Of a DNA stretch of 64,000 nt, positions 51,111 to 61,756 are shown in pieces; the stretch's first letter is position 1; the number at the start of each line of letters is the position of its first letter. The DNA is from Acidobacteriota bacterium (lineage in GTDB: Bacteria > Acidobacteriota > UBA890 > WLXD01). The stretch is from the NCBI GenBank assembly GCA_965205505.1, contig CBDBHB010000009.1:2624001-2688000 (forward strand), read 5' to 3'. The notes under the pieces are model-generated. The model saw only the letters and a program-made list of their open reading frames with translations. It was not told the origin of the DNA and searched no databases. A program made the position numbers and the translations under genes.

Positions 51111-53549
51111 TCAGTACCCGGTAGTGTCGAGGCGTCCGTCTTTGACAAAGTAGGCCTGCTGATACCCCTCGAGGTTGAGGATGGCGCGCTCGGCGGGCCC
51201 GCAGGCGCGAGTCGGCGCGGTGCCGGCGATGAACGCAAGTTCGACCGCCTCCTTGCAATACGAGCTGTACAGCAGGCCGGTGAACGGATCGACGGTGCGC
51301 ATCTCGATGTTGCCCGGCTGCGGCAGCACCGCCGGCGGGTTGCCGGTCTCGGCCGCGCGCATGACCTCGATCCAAATCGGCAGGGCCGAGTTCGAGCCGG
51401 TGGCGCGGCGGTGAATCCGCTCCTTCCTGTCGTGGCCGAGCCACACGCCGACGGTGTTATTGGGGGAGAAGCCGACGTACCAAACGTCGGTCCGATCGTC
51501 TGTCGTGCCGGATTTTCCGCCCAGCATCTGCTGCAGCTCTTGCCCCAGCGCCCGGGCACGCACGCCCGTACCACGCTGGATACCGGCCACCAGCATGCGC
51601 GCCATCACATAGGCCTCGTCAGCGTTCATCACCGAGCGCGCCGACTGCTGGGTTTTCTCGAGCAGCTTGCCCCGCCGATCGTAGACCGCCCGAACCAGGT
51701 GAGGCTCGACCAGAACTCCCATGTTGGGGAACACCGTGTAGGCGCGCACGATCTCCCAGACCGAGATATCCATGACGCCCAAGGCGAGCGATAGATAGGG
51801 GCCGAACGGGGCGGTGAGGCCGAACTTGCGAGCCATATCGATGACGTTCTCCACCCCGATCTTCTGTTGCAGCATGATCGTTGGCACGTTGCGCGACTTG
51901 GTGATCGCCTCGGCCATGGAGGTGACGCCGATGTACTCGTTGTTGAAATTCGCCGGCGAGTACGGCTGGCGCGTGGTGGGATCGCGGAACGTCGTTTGCT
52001 GATCGACGAACAGATAGGACGGTGCGACGCCCATCGTCACCGCCGCGGAGTAGACGAAGGGCTTGAAGATCGATCCGGTCTGGCGGACCGCCCGGGTGGC
52101 GCGATTGAACTCCGAATCGTCGAAGACGCGGCCCCCGATCATGGCGCGCACCTCGCCGCTGTCGTTTCCCACCACCAGCACCGCACCCTGCAACGTCGGT
52201 GTCTGGTCGAGCTCGACCTCCCAAGTTCCGTTCTCGACTCGAGACTCCAAGAGAACTTCGATCAGGTCTCCAGCGCGCACGAGCCGGTCCATGGTCGTGC
52301 GGCTGGTCCACCCTGCGTCGTCGGGGTTGATCTGGACGATCATGTCGCCGATCCGCGCGCTGGCTCCCTGCGGCCTCACTTGCGTGACGACGGCGGGCAC
52401 GAAATCACCCGGGTCCATCGGAGATTGCCATCGAGGGTGTTCGTAAGCGGCGAGATCGATGCCCTCGTCGCGCAGGTTCCGTTGGTCGTTGCGCCAGCCG
52501 GAGCGCTTGTCGACATCGCGAATCCCGCGGTCGAGTGCAACTTCGGCGGCGCGCTGGAGTCGTCGGTCGAGCGTCGTCTGCACTCGAAGTCCGGAGCGAT
52601 AGATGCCCTCCATGCCGTAGGTCTGGATCAGCGTCTTGCGAATCTCCTCGGTGAAATAGTCGCCCAGCGTGTTGCTGCCGCTAGCCTCAGCCACGAGCAG
52701 GGGTGCTGCCTTCGCCGCGGCGTTTTCCTCGGCGCTGGTGAAGCCCTCGTCGAGCATGCGGTCCAGCACGATGTTTCGCTTGGCGATAGCGTTGTCCGGG
52801 TGCAGGTCTGGCCGATAGCTCGAGGGCCGCTGGATCATCCCGGCGAGCAGCGCCGCTTCGGGCAGCGTCACATCGGAGATCGGCTTGCCGAAATAGAACT
52901 TCGACGCCGCCTGAAAGCCGTAGGCGCTACTGCCCATGAAGATCTGATTCGCGTAGATGGTGAAAATCTGTTCCTTCGAGTAGTGGCGCTCGATCTGGAT
53001 CGCATAGATCGCCTCGCGGATCTTGCGCTCCAGCGTCTTGTCCCGCGGCAGCCAGTTGTCGCCGCCCAGGTAGCGATCGAGATTCCGCGGCACCTGCATC
53101 GTGATGGTGCTGAACCCCTCACAGAAGTAGCCACACCGCAGATCGGCAAGTAGCGAGCGTAGGACCGCCTGTGGGTCGATGCCGACGTGGTCGAAGAAGC
53201 GCGCATCCTCCGCCGCGATCACCGCCTGCACCATTACCGGGGCGATTTCGTCAAAGCTCACCACCTCGCGTCGTTGCTGCAGCCATTCGGCGTATTGCAA
53301 CCCGTCGCGATCGTAGATCCGCGTCACCAGGCTTGGCTCGTAGGCCCGCAGTGCGTCAACGATCGCCGCATCCGGGACGTAAGCGATTACGAAGCCCGCC
53401 ACGAGGCCGCTAATTACCGCCCCGAAGGGCAGAGCGGCGAGCACAGGATGCCGGATCATCGGTGCTGCAGTGCGAGCGGCGGCGGCGAGAAAACGGTCGA
53501 TCATACGGTTGCCGGAGTTCTCGGTGGCACTCGTGGAGGCGGATTCCAC
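51111..53549 (-). CDS. mrcA: Penicillin-binding protein 1A family
   Basis: AEDARFFDH.GID, STITMQ, RKIRE, SIFK, SRN, KSGTT; OB-like insert; start 53549 or 53504. Confidence 0.92.
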   Translation of the reverse strand: MESASTSATENSGNRMIDRFLAAAARTAAPMIRHPVLAALPFGAVISGLVAGFVIAYVPDAAIVDALRAYEPSLVTRIYDRDGLQYAEWLQQRREVVSFDEIAPVMVQAVIAAEDARFFDHVGIDPQAVLRSLLADLRCGYFCEGFSTITMQVPRNLDRYLGGDNWLPRDKTLERKIREAIYAIQIERHYSKEQIFTIYANQIFMGSSAYGFQAASKFYFGKPISDVTLPEAALLAGMIQRPSSYRPDLHPDNAIAKRNIVLDRMLDEGFTSAEENAAAKAAPLLVAEASGSNTLGDYFTEEIRKTLIQTYGMEGIYRSGLRVQTTLDRRLQRAAEVALDRGIRDVDKRSGWRNDQRNLRDEGIDLAAYEHPRWQSPMDPGDFVPAVVTQVRPQGASARIGDMIVQINPDDAGWTSRTTMDRLVRAGDLIEVLLESRVENGTWEVELDQTPTLQGAVLVVGNDSGEVRAMIGGRVFDDSEFNRATRAVRQTGSIFKPFVYSAAVTMGVAPSYLFVDQQTTFRDPTTRQPYSPANFNNEYIGVTSMAEAITKSRNVPTIMLQQKIGVENVIDMARKFGLTAPFGPYLSLALGVMDISVWEIVRAYTVFPNMGVLVEPHLVRAVYDRRGKLLEKTQQSARSVMNADEAYVMARMLVAGIQRGTGVRARALGQELQQMLGGKSGTTDDRTDVWYVGFSPNNTVGVWLGHDRKERIHRRATGSNSALPIWIEVMRAAETGNPPAVLPQPGNIEMRTVDPFTGLLYSSYCKEAVELAFIAGTAPTRACGPAERAILNLEGYQQAYFVKDGRLDTTGY

Positions 53550-53656
53550 CTACCGGGATGGTAGCATGGGGTCGACTGGTCCCGTCGGGTGGGCGCGCTG
53601 CGACACGCTGTGCAAGAAGATGCTTGACGGGCAGGTCGGGGGATTGTTTCATTACG

Positions 53657-53683
53657 TTAGCACTCGAATCGAGAGAGTGCTAA
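53657..53683 (+). promoter_or_regulatory. CIRCE operator (HrcA site)
   Basis: Perfect TTAGCACTC-N9-GAGTGCTAA upstream of hrcA; TTGACG -35 at 53624. Confidence 0.97.
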
Positions 53684-53760
53684 GCCCCATCGTGCGGCTC
53701 GCGACAAGGGTACGCATATGTTGAGTTCCATTCTTCCAACCCGGGCGTAGGGCGCTTGGC

Positions 53761-54804
53761 ATGCGAGTTTCTGACCTGACAGCGCGCAGTGCGGCTGTTC
53801 TCGACGCGGTCGTCGAGCGCCACATCACCACCGGCGGGCCGGTGGGGTCGGCGGCGATCGCCGATCAGCTGCCTGAGGTGCTGTCGCCGGCGACCATCCG
53901 CAACGTGATGGCGGAGCTCGAGCGGCTCGGACTTCTCGAGCAGCCTCATACCTCCGCTGGGCGTACGCCCACGCGGGCCGGGTACACACGCTACGTGGGC
54001 GGGCTAATGGCGGCTGGACGAGTCGACGAGCTCGATCCGGACCCGCTGCGCTCACGGCTGGAGACCGATCCGATCGAGGTGCGCGAGCTGCTGCGGCGGA
54101 CCTGTCATCTGCTCGCCGAGCTGTCCGACCTGGTGGGTGTGGTGTCGGGTCCGGCGCTGGCCGACACGGTTTTTCAGCACATCGATTTCATCGTCCTTGA
54201 GGGCAATCGGGTGCTTGCCATGGTGGTTGCCCGCAGCGGCCAGGTGAAGAACCGGGTGGTGGCGTTGAACCAATCCATGACCCAGGAGCAGCTCGATCGA
54301 TCGGCGTCGTACCTGGTGCGTCGCTTCGCCGGCCGCAGCCTGCGCCGGGTATCGGCGCGGGTGCGCGAGCTGTTGCTCGGGGCCGACGAGCATCTCGAGC
54401 GATATGAGTCGAGGGCGATTCGGTTGGGCGCCCGCTCCCTGACGCCGGATCTCGATGAGGCTGAGGTCATGGTGGAGGGCGCCGCAAGCCTTCTCGGGCA
54501 GCCTGATTTTGACGGTGGCGGTTGCCTGCAGGCGATGATCGAAACGCTCGAAGAGCGCCGCGAGCTGCGCGGCGCCATGGAGAGCACGGGCAACCAGGAG
54601 GCCCGTATCTTCATCGGTACCGCTCCTCTCCCTGCGACGCTGGGAGCGTGCTCATTGGTGGCCGCCACCTACTGGTCGAGCGGCCACGCGCTGGGCTCGC
54701 TTGCAGTGTTGGGCCCCACGCGGCTCGATTACGCTCGGACCATCGCGCTGGTCGAGGCAATGGCGCAGGCCACTTCGGACGTGTTGGGGCGTGTCACGCT
54801 CTGA
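53761..54804 (+). CDS. hrcA: Heat-inducible transcriptional repressor HrcA
   Basis: PVGS, SPATIRNVMAELE, QPHTSAGR.PT, GPTRLDY; CIRCE upstream. Confidence 0.97.
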   Translation: MRVSDLTARSAAVLDAVVERHITTGGPVGSAAIADQLPEVLSPATIRNVMAELERLGLLEQPHTSAGRTPTRAGYTRYVGGLMAAGRVDELDPDPLRSRLETDPIEVRELLRRTCHLLAELSDLVGVVSGPALADTVFQHIDFIVLEGNRVLAMVVARSGQVKNRVVALNQSMTQEQLDRSASYLVRRFAGRSLRRVSARVRELLLGADEHLERYESRAIRLGARSLTPDLDEAEVMVEGAASLLGQPDFDGGGCLQAMIETLEERRELRGAMESTGNQEARIFIGTAPLPATLGACSLVAATYWSSGHALGSLAVLGPTRLDYARTIALVEAMAQATSDVLGRVTL

Positions 54805-54846
54805 CTTCAGCCGCGTTCGTCCGTGCCGCGGCTGCGAGGACTACGA

Positions 54847-55440
54847 ATGACCGATAACAAGCGTACCTCCCTGGAAGACAAGTGGGCGGCGACGCTCGAG
54901 GGGGACGGCGAGGGCACGGCGAGCGATGATGCTGCCTCGGACGCCCACGCCGACGAGGATCTTGGCGCGACGCGGCAGCACCAGCCGTTCGAGGCGGAGG
55001 TCGCGGAGCTCAAGGATCAGCTGTTGCGGCAACAAGCCGAGATGGCCAACTATCGTCGTCGTACACAGAAGGAGCGCAGCGAACGTGCGGAGGGAGGCCG
55101 CATCGAAGTGATCCAGCAACTGTTGCCGGTGCTCGACGACTTCGAGCGCGCCATCGACGCGGACGCCGAAGCCGACGGCTACCGCGTAGGTGTGGAGCTG
55201 ATTCTCAAATCGCTCCGTGATCTGTTGGAGAGCTTCGGGGTTAGCCGCCTCGATCCGCACGGCGAGGAGTTCGACCCCGCGCTACACGATGCCGTCCAGC
55301 AACTGCCCACCGACGAGGTGCCTGCCGGTCGCATTGCCAGCGTTTACAAGCCCGGGTATCGAGTCGCCGAGCGTCTCTTGCGACCGGCGATGGTGGCAGT
55401 GGCGCGCCCGACCGTCACCGATCCTGAACAGGGCGCCTGA
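54847..55440 (+). CDS. grpE: Nucleotide exchange factor GrpE
   Basis: AEMANYRRR, LLPVLDDFERA, FDPALHDAV, GYR...LLRPAMVAV. Confidence 0.96.
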   Translation: MTDNKRTSLEDKWAATLEGDGEGTASDDAASDAHADEDLGATRQHQPFEAEVAELKDQLLRQQAEMANYRRRTQKERSERAEGGRIEVIQQLLPVLDDFERAIDADAEADGYRVGVELILKSLRDLLESFGVSRLDPHGEEFDPALHDAVQQLPTDEVPAGRIASVYKPGYRVAERLLRPAMVAVARPTVTDPEQGA

Positions 55441-55442
55441 GC

Positions 55443-56552
55443 ATGGCGACCGACCATTACGAGGTGCTGGGGGTCCGCCGCGACGCGTCGGCGGAAGAGA
55501 TCAAGAAGGCCTATCGCAGCGCGGCGATGGCTAACCACCCGGACCGCAATCCGGACGATCCAGCGGCGGAGGAGCGCTTCAAACAGGCGGCAGAGGCCTA
55601 CGCGGTGGTGGGTGATGCCCAGAAGCGAGCTCGTTACGACCGCTTCGGCGACGACGCCTTCAACGGCGGGTCTCCGGACTTCGGGTCCGATATCTTCGCT
55701 GACTTCGGAGACATCCTGGGAGGCCTGTTCGGCTTCGACTCGGGCTTTGGAAGCGCCCGACGAGGTGGTCCGTCGCGTGGTTCGAGCCTCCAGTATCGGC
55801 TCCAGATCGACCTTGAACAGGCGGCCTCGGGTGACGAGATCGAGATCCGTGTGCCTCGTCGGCGCGCCTGCGCCCCTTGTGGCAGCACCGGATCGGTGTC
55901 GGGCACCGGCCGCAATCCCTGTGTGGCGTGCGGCGGCATGGGGCAAGTGCAGCAACGGCACGGGTTCCTCACGATGGCGCGGCCCTGCGGCCGGTGCCGC
56001 GGCACCGGAACGATCATCGCCGACCCATGCCCGACCTGTCGAGGTGAGGGACGGGCTCGGGAGACCACTACCCTCAAGGTCAAGGTGCCGCCTGGTGTCG
56101 ACACGGGAATGCGACTTCTGCTTCGCGATGAGGGCGAGAGCGGGCTGCACGGCGGGCCACCGGGCGACCTCCAGATTCTGATCCAGGTGCGTGATCACGA
56201 ACGCTTCGCTCGCCGTGATCAGGATCTCTACACGCGCGCGCCGGTCAGCTTTGCCCGGCTCGCCCTGGGCGGTGAGATCGAGGTGGCGACCCTCGGAGAC
56301 AATACGGTGGCCTTGCACGTGCCCGCTGGCACTCAGTCGGGGGAGCTACTCGAGATTCGCGGCCAGGGCCTGCCTTCGGTGAACGGCGGCCGGCGCGGTG
56401 ATCTCCGGGTGACGGTTCAGGCGGTCACGCCCCGCAAGTTGAGCGAGCGTGAAGAGCAGCTCTTGCATGAGCTCGAGGAGCTGCGGCCCGAACCCCCGGA
56501 GCTCGAGGACGAGCGCTCCTGGTGGGACAGGCTCCGCGACGCTTTCGCGTAG
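55443..56552 (+). CDS. dnaJ: Chaperone DnaJ
   Basis: J domain with HPD, G/F region, four CxxCxGxG repeats. Confidence 0.96.
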   Translation: MATDHYEVLGVRRDASAEEIKKAYRSAAMANHPDRNPDDPAAEERFKQAAEAYAVVGDAQKRARYDRFGDDAFNGGSPDFGSDIFADFGDILGGLFGFDSGFGSARRGGPSRGSSLQYRLQIDLEQAASGDEIEIRVPRRRACAPCGSTGSVSGTGRNPCVACGGMGQVQQRHGFLTMARPCGRCRGTGTIIADPCPTCRGEGRARETTTLKVKVPPGVDTGMRLLLRDEGESGLHGGPPGDLQILIQVRDHERFARRDQDLYTRAPVSFARLALGGEIEVATLGDNTVALHVPAGTQSGELLEIRGQGLPSVNGGRRGDLRVTVQAVTPRKLSEREEQLLHELEELRPEPPELEDERSWWDRLRDAFA

Positions 56553-56554
56553 CG

Positions 56555-57307
56555 ATGAACGCGGTTCCCCGCGGGCGGTTCAAGGTCGCCGGCGGCGCTC
56601 TGCGTGCCGAGCGCGTGAGGCTCGACCCCGGCGAGGGACACCACATGAGGGTCATGCGGCTGCGTGTCGGCGATCGTGTGGTGCTGTTCGATGGGGTGGG
56701 GGAGGAAGCGATAGCCCGTCTCGAGGTGGTTACAGCAGAGGTGGTCGCGGCGCAGGTACTGGAGCGATACACCCCGGCGACCGAGTCTGCGCTCGGGGTA
56801 TGGTTGGTCCAGGCGGTTCCCACCAAGCTCGCTCGCATGGACCTCATCGTGCGTCAGTGCACCGAGCTCGGAATGACCCATCTGCTGCCGGTCGTTGCGG
56901 CGCGCAGTCAGGTGCCGAGCGGCGGAGTCGAGGTGATCGACGAGCGCCGCGAACGCTGGATACGTGTGGCGCAAGCGGCGGCCAAGCAGAGTGGTCGCAG
57001 CGTCGTACCGCACATTGGGTTGCCGATGCGGCTGCGCGATCTCGACTGGACCTCGTTGCCGTCGCTCCGGCTGGTATGTGATCCGAGCGGTCAGCAGGGA
57101 GAGTTGGCGCGGACGTTGCGCAGCCGGGCCCCCGCAAGTGTGGCGCTCATGGTCGGGCCCGAGGGCGGCTGGAATGGTGAAGAGCGCGCCGTCGCTGCGG
57201 CTTCCAACGCGGCGACCGTCGCCTTCGGCCCACGTGTGCTGCGCGCCGACACTGCGGGCGCGGCGGTGCTGGCGGTGCTACAGCACGCTTGGGGAGATCT
57301 CGGCTGA
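56555..57307 (+). CDS. rsmE: 16S rRNA m3U1498 methyltransferase RsmE
   Basis: HH.RVMRL, TELG, AAKQSGR, VGPEGG, GPRVLRADTA. Confidence 0.95.
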   Translation: MNAVPRGRFKVAGGALRAERVRLDPGEGHHMRVMRLRVGDRVVLFDGVGEEAIARLEVVTAEVVAAQVLERYTPATESALGVWLVQAVPTKLARMDLIVRQCTELGMTHLLPVVAARSQVPSGGVEVIDERRERWIRVAQAAAKQSGRSVVPHIGLPMRLRDLDWTSLPSLRLVCDPSGQQGELARTLRSRAPASVALMVGPEGGWNGEERAVAAASNAATVAFGPRVLRADTAGAAVLAVLQHAWGDLG

Positions 57308-57322
57308 GGCGCCGAAGGCACC

Positions 57323-57337
57323 TGATCAGGAGCACTA
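57323..57337. repeat. Scar of a type-A element end at a TAG stop
   Basis: TGATCAGGAGCA-CTA identical to the type-A terminus; CTA is the stop of the minus-strand ATPase gene. Confidence 0.7.
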
Positions 57338-58165
57338 TCGGTAGGGGACCGAGGCGCTCTTGAGCAGATAGCGGGCATCCTTGCCCTTGATGCGGATCAC
57401 GTCACACATCTCGTGCAGCCGACTCCGGAGCGCCGGGCCAATGCGGTCCTCGAGCGTTGCCGGGCCGTCCGGCGCCGATCGCCGCGCCCGCAGCGGCTGC
57501 TGAGATCTCATTCGGCTGGAGTCTACGGCGCCAGGACTCGAGGAGCCCGCCTCGCTCGTTGCTCCGGGGGCATCTCCGAAGTTGGTGGTGATAAGCGTCA
57601 TGCGCTTGCGGTTGTACCGGTCGTTGAGGATGTGCGTGACGGTATCGAACACCCAGGGGCTCGGGCGGCGGGCACCGAGATCGTCGAGCAGCAGCACGTC
57701 GGCCTCGAGCAACGGTCGAAGCACCTGCAGCTCCGAGGTCTCCGAAACCGGGTTATACGACTCCTGGATGTCGCGCAGCAGATCACGGTAGTCGACGAAT
57801 CGTCCGCTGATCGAGTAGCGATCCAGCAGTGCGCTCAGCACCCCGACCGCGAGGTGGGTTTTTCCGACGCCGGGCTGTCCGATGAACAAGAGGCCGTATT
57901 CGAGGCGGGGGTACTCGTCGACGTATCTCTCACACTTGAGCCTGGCTCCCCCCAGCGTGCTGTGCGCCCCAGCGTATTCCGTTTCGAAGTTGCTGAGACG
58001 ACAGAGCTCGTAGCGGCGCGGAATGCGGGCGCGCTCGACCTGCCGCTGCTGGCGGGCTTGTAGCCGGCATTCACAACGCTGCACCGAACGGTCATCGGCA
58101 TCTGCCGCGGAGATCCACCCGGTACCGCCGCAAACGACGCAATCCTGGAGCTCCGCTGGTTCCAA
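57335..58165 (-). CDS. DnaC/IstB-like AAA+ ATPase with N-terminal Zn motif
   Basis: CVVCGGTGW...RCEC, Walker A GQPGVGKTHL, Walker B LLLDDLG, ITTN, RLHEMC; TTG start 2 nt after hspR stop. Confidence 0.85.
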   Translation of the reverse strand: MEPAELQDCVVCGGTGWISAADADDRSVQRCECRLQARQQRQVERARIPRRYELCRLSNFETEYAGAHSTLGGARLKCERYVDEYPRLEYGLLFIGQPGVGKTHLAVGVLSALLDRYSISGRFVDYRDLLRDIQESYNPVSETSELQVLRPLLEADVLLLDDLGARRPSPWVFDTVTHILNDRYNRKRMTLITTNFGDAPGATSEAGSSSPGAVDSSRMRSQQPLRARRSAPDGPATLEDRIGPALRSRLHEMCDVIRIKGKDARYLLKSASVPYR

Positions 58166-58167
58166 CG

Positions 58168-58581
58168 CTAGCTGTCCTCGGTGGCCCGCGGACGCCGCCG
58201 TACCAGGGCGCTCCGCTCGATTCGCACCAGCGCCTGGACGAACTCGGTCGACAACCTCTGATCGTCGATGGTCAGCTCGTCGCGGACGAAACACATCAGC
58301 TCTGCGACCTCGTTCTGGAGTCGCTCCATGTTCTGGCGCATGTTGAGGATGACTTCCACCCCGGCAAGGTTCACGCCGAGGTCGCGGGTCAGCGACAGGA
58401 TGACCTCGAGCCGACGCAAGTCCTCGTCATCGTACAGGCGAGTGTTGCCGCCGGAGCGCGATGGTCGCAGCAGCCCCTCGCGCTCATACAGCCGCAGCGT
58501 CTGAGGATGGATCTCATAGCGCTCGGCCACCGCACTGATCATGTAGGTGCCCTTCTTCCGCCTTGCATCGGCGCTCATCAT
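58168..58581 (-). CDS. hspR: HspR-like MerR-family heat shock repressor
   Basis: YMISAVAE...IHPQTLRLYEREGL..PSRS.GNTRLY...LTRDLGVNLAGV; follows dnaK-dnaJ. Confidence 0.9.
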   Translation of the reverse strand: MMSADARRKKGTYMISAVAERYEIHPQTLRLYEREGLLRPSRSGGNTRLYDDEDLRRLEVILSLTRDLGVNLAGVEVILNMRQNMERLQNEVAELMCFVRDELTIDDQRLSTEFVQALVRIERSALVRRRPRATEDS

Positions 58582-59666
58582 CAGGGCTCGGCTTCGCGGT
58601 TGCGTGGGTTGAAGGGGTGGCGCGCTGCGAGCTGTCGAATCATCTCCTTGGAATCTTCGTCGAGGATTTCGGGGAGATGGACCTCGACGCGCACCAGCAT
58701 ATCCCCTCGCCGCCCGTTCGGCAGCTCGAGGCCGCGGCCGCGAAGCCTGAAGAGGTGGCCGGTCTGCGTGTTGGGTGGCAGAGGTAGGCTGACCCGCTCG
58801 CCGTCGAGTGTCGGCACGTCGATGCGGCCCCCCAGCACCGCCTCGAGCGGCGAGATCGGCTGTCGGGTGTATAGGTGCGGACCCTCGCGCCGGAACCCAC
58901 GGGCCGGTTCAACGCGACAACGCAGAATCAGGTCTCCACGCTCGCCGCCGATCCGACCGCAGTGTCCCTGCCCGGCGACGCGGATCTCCTGCCCGTCGGT
59001 GACACCGGGAGGCACGCGAACGAGGATCGTCTCGGTTTGCGAACGGATGCCGTGACCCGCGCAGCGGCCGCATGGGACGCCGCGAAGCAGGCCGCTGGCG
59101 TCGCAGTCGGCGCATCCGCAGGTCACCGACAGGGCACCCTTCACGAAGGTCTCCTGGCCAGTACCGTTACAGTTGTCGCACGGTCGCGCGCGCTGCAGCT
59201 GCACGCGCCCGCGACCGCCGCAGTCCGCACAGCGATCGTGACGGGTCACTCTTGCAGTTGTCGTTCGGCCGCGCTCCGAATCCACCAGGGCAACGCTCAC
59301 GTCGACGTACAGATCGTTGCCGCGCTGCGGGCTGGAGCGCCGGCGATGATCCTTCAGGTGTCGGAACAGGTCGCCGTATGTGCCGGGCTCGGTGCCCTCG
59401 GGCATGACGCGAACGGTAAGGCCCGGCGCTGCCGGTTCGAGAGAGTCCGCCAGCGAGCCTTCACGGTCGTAGCGGGCCCGGCGTTGCGCATCCGAGAGCA
59501 CCTTGTAGGCCGACTCGATACGTTCGAATACCGTCGCGGCGTGTGGGTCGCCCGGGTTGATATCCGGATGATAGCGGCGGCTGAGATGCCGATAAGCGTG
59601 CTCGACCTGGTCAGGGTCGGCGTCGGGTGGAACCCCCAAAGTGGCGTAGTGATCGCGTGCCAACAT
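58581..59666 (-). CDS. Second DnaJ-family chaperone
   Basis: RYHPDINPG J domain, CxxC repeats, DnaJ C-terminal domain. Confidence 0.9.
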   Translation of the reverse strand: MLARDHYATLGVPPDADPDQVEHAYRHLSRRYHPDINPGDPHAATVFERIESAYKVLSDAQRRARYDREGSLADSLEPAAPGLTVRVMPEGTEPGTYGDLFRHLKDHRRRSSPQRGNDLYVDVSVALVDSERGRTTTARVTRHDRCADCGGRGRVQLQRARPCDNCNGTGQETFVKGALSVTCGCADCDASGLLRGVPCGRCAGHGIRSQTETILVRVPPGVTDGQEIRVAGQGHCGRIGGERGDLILRCRVEPARGFRREGPHLYTRQPISPLEAVLGGRIDVPTLDGERVSLPLPPNTQTGHLFRLRGRGLELPNGRRGDMLVRVEVHLPEILDEDSKEMIRQLAARHPFNPRNREAEP

Positions 59667-59675
59667 GGCTCTGAT

Positions 59676-59713
59676 GCGGTGCAGGGCGCCGCGTCGTGGG
59701 CACCCCGCACCGC
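59676..59713 (-). terminator. GC-rich stem-loop between dnaK and dnaJ2
   Basis: Minus strand GCGGTGCGGGGTGCC/GGCGCCCTGCACCGC, 15 bp with two G-U pairs; no U tract, so possibly an mRNA stabiliser. Confidence 0.5.
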
Positions 59714-59719
59714 CCCTGG

Positions 59720-61618
59720 TTACGAGCTCGAGCTCTCGTCTTCGACGACCTCCGCCTCGATGACCTCGCCGTCATCGTCGGAGGAGGCTTCTTCGCCGGC
59801 ACCGACATCCGCAGTGTCGGCCTGGGCGTACATCGTCTGCGCTAGCTGATGCGACGCTTGTTGCAGTGCTTCTGTCGCCTGCTTGAGCTCGTCGGTGCTG
59901 GCCTCCTCCTTCTCCAGCGACTCGCGAGCCGCTTTCACGGCGCCCTCGACATCGGAGATGGCTCCTGCATCGAGTTGCTCGCGATTGTCATTGAGCAGCT
60001 TGTCGGTCTGATACACGAGGCTGTCGAGCTGGTTACGGGCCTCGACTTGCTCACGCCGCGTCTTGTCTTCGTCGGAGTGCGCATCGGCATCCTTGACGAG
60101 CTGTTCGATGTCGGCCTCGGAGAGTCCACTCGATGAGGTGACGGTGATCTTCTGCTCCTTGTTGGTACCGAGGTCCTTCGCAGTGACGCTGAGGATGCCG
60201 TTGGCGTCGATATCGAAGGTCACTTCGACCTGAGGCACGCCGCGCGGGGCGGCGGGAATTCCCTCGAGATGGAAGCGGCCGAGCGTGCGGTTGGAGGCCG
60301 CCATCTCGCGCTCGCCTTGCAGTACGTGCACCTCTACCGAGGGCTGGTTGTCCGCCGCGGTGGTAAAGGTCTCGCTCTTGCGCGTCGGGATAGTTGTGTT
60401 GCGTGAGATCAACACCGTGGTGACACCGCCGAGCGTCTCGATGCCGAGCGACAACGGAGTCACGTCAAGCAACAGCAGGTCGCTGACCTCGCCGGCCAGC
60501 ACGCCGCCCTGGATGGCAGCGCCCAGCGCCACGACCTCATCGGGGTTGACCCCCTTGTGAGGCTCCTTGCCGAAGACCTGCCGGACTTGTTCCTGGACTG
60601 CCGGCATCCGTGTGGATCCGCCGACCAGCACCACCTCATCGATTTCGCCGGCCTTGAGGCCGGAGTCGGCCAGGGCTTGCTTGCAGGGTCCGACGGCGCG
60701 CTCGAGCAGGTCGGCGACGAGGCTCTCGAACTTGGCACGGGTGAGCTTCAGGCTGAGGTGCTTCGGGCCAGTCTGATCGGCGGTGATGAACGGCAGGTTG
60801 ATCTCTGACTCGACGACGCTCGACAGTTCGATCTTGGCCTTTTCGGCCGCCTCCTTGAGGCGCTGTAGCGCCATGCGGTCGCTCGAAAGATCGATGCCCT
60901 GATCCTTGCGAAACTCCTCGATGATCCAGTCCATGATGCGCTGGTCGAAGTTGTCGCCACCCAGGTGGGTATCGCCGTTGGTTGCCTTGACCTCGACCAC
61001 GCCGTCGCCCACTTCCAGGATCGAGATGTCGAATGTCCCACCGCCGAAATCGTAGACGGCGATCTTCTCGTCGGCCTTCTTCTCCAGCCCGTAGGCGAGA
61101 GCTGCAGCCGTGGGCTCGTTGATGATGCGATCGACCTGCAGTCCGGCGATGCGCCCGGCGTCTTTGGTGGCTTGCCGCTGCGCGTCGTTGAAGTAGGCGG
61201 GAACCGTGATGACGGCGCGCTCGACCTTCTGGCCGAGATAGTCCTCCGCCGCTTGCTTGAGCTTCTGCAGCACCATCGCCGAGATCTCTGGCGGAGAGTA
61301 GTGCTTGCCGGCGGCCAGGATGCTGACGTCGTCGCCTTCCTGCTCTACCTGGAAGGGGACCATGGTCAGCTCTTCGCTGATCTCGTTGTGGCGGCGTCCC
61401 ATGAAGCGCTTGATCGAGAAAACGGTGTTTTGAGGGTTGGTGACCGCCTGGCGCTTGGCGACCTGGCCGACGAGACGCTCACCTTTCTCCGTGAAGGCCA
61501 CCACGGAGGGCGTTGTGCGACCACCCTCGGCGTTCGGGATGACGGTGGGCTCGCCGCCCTCCATCACCGCGACTACCGAGTTGGTGGTGCCCAGGTCGAT
61601 ACCGATGATCTTGGACAT
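59720..61618 (-). CDS. dnaK: Chaperone DnaK (Hsp70)
   Basis: [36 protein letters not shown]. Confidence 0.99.
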   Translation of the reverse strand: MSKIIGIDLGTTNSVVAVMEGGEPTVIPNAEGGRTTPSVVAFTEKGERLVGQVAKRQAVTNPQNTVFSIKRFMGRRHNEISEELTMVPFQVEQEGDDVSILAAGKHYSPPEISAMVLQKLKQAAEDYLGQKVERAVITVPAYFNDAQRQATKDAGRIAGLQVDRIINEPTAAALAYGLEKKADEKIAVYDFGGGTFDISILEVGDGVVEVKATNGDTHLGGDNFDQRIMDWIIEEFRKDQGIDLSSDRMALQRLKEAAEKAKIELSSVVESEINLPFITADQTGPKHLSLKLTRAKFESLVADLLERAVGPCKQALADSGLKAGEIDEVVLVGGSTRMPAVQEQVRQVFGKEPHKGVNPDEVVALGAAIQGGVLAGEVSDLLLLDVTPLSLGIETLGGVTTVLISRNTTIPTRKSETFTTAADNQPSVEVHVLQGEREMAASNRTLGRFHLEGIPAAPRGVPQVEVTFDIDANGILSVTAKDLGTNKEQKITVTSSSGLSEADIEQLVKDADAHSDEDKTRREQVEARNQLDSLVYQTDKLLNDNREQLDAGAISDVEGAVKAARESLEKEEASTDELKQATEALQQASHQLAQTMYAQADTADVGAGEEASSDDDGEVIEAEVVEDESSSS

Positions 61619-61726
61619 GTCGGGCTCCTGATCGAGGCCCCGCTCAACGGGGTCCCAGAGAGGTTTCGGTCCCAGCTGCCGGTGTTCATGGCGAGCCAGG
61701 GCTTTATCGCAGTTTAGTTAGACGAA

Positions 61727-61756
61727 AGTATAAAACCTTAGTTAGTTCCAGTCAAC
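61727..61756 (-). promoter_or_regulatory. dnaK sigma70 promoter overlapped by a HAIR-like HspR operator
   Basis: Minus strand TTGACT-N17-TATACT; CCTTAGT-N7-AGTCAAC (61736-56) matches CTTGAGT-N7-ACTCAAG at 10/14. Confidence 0.75.

Noticed and set aside
57335-58294. IS21 element implied by the IstB-like ATPase
   Set aside because: No istA, no terminal repeats, and the gene is embedded in the dnaK operon.
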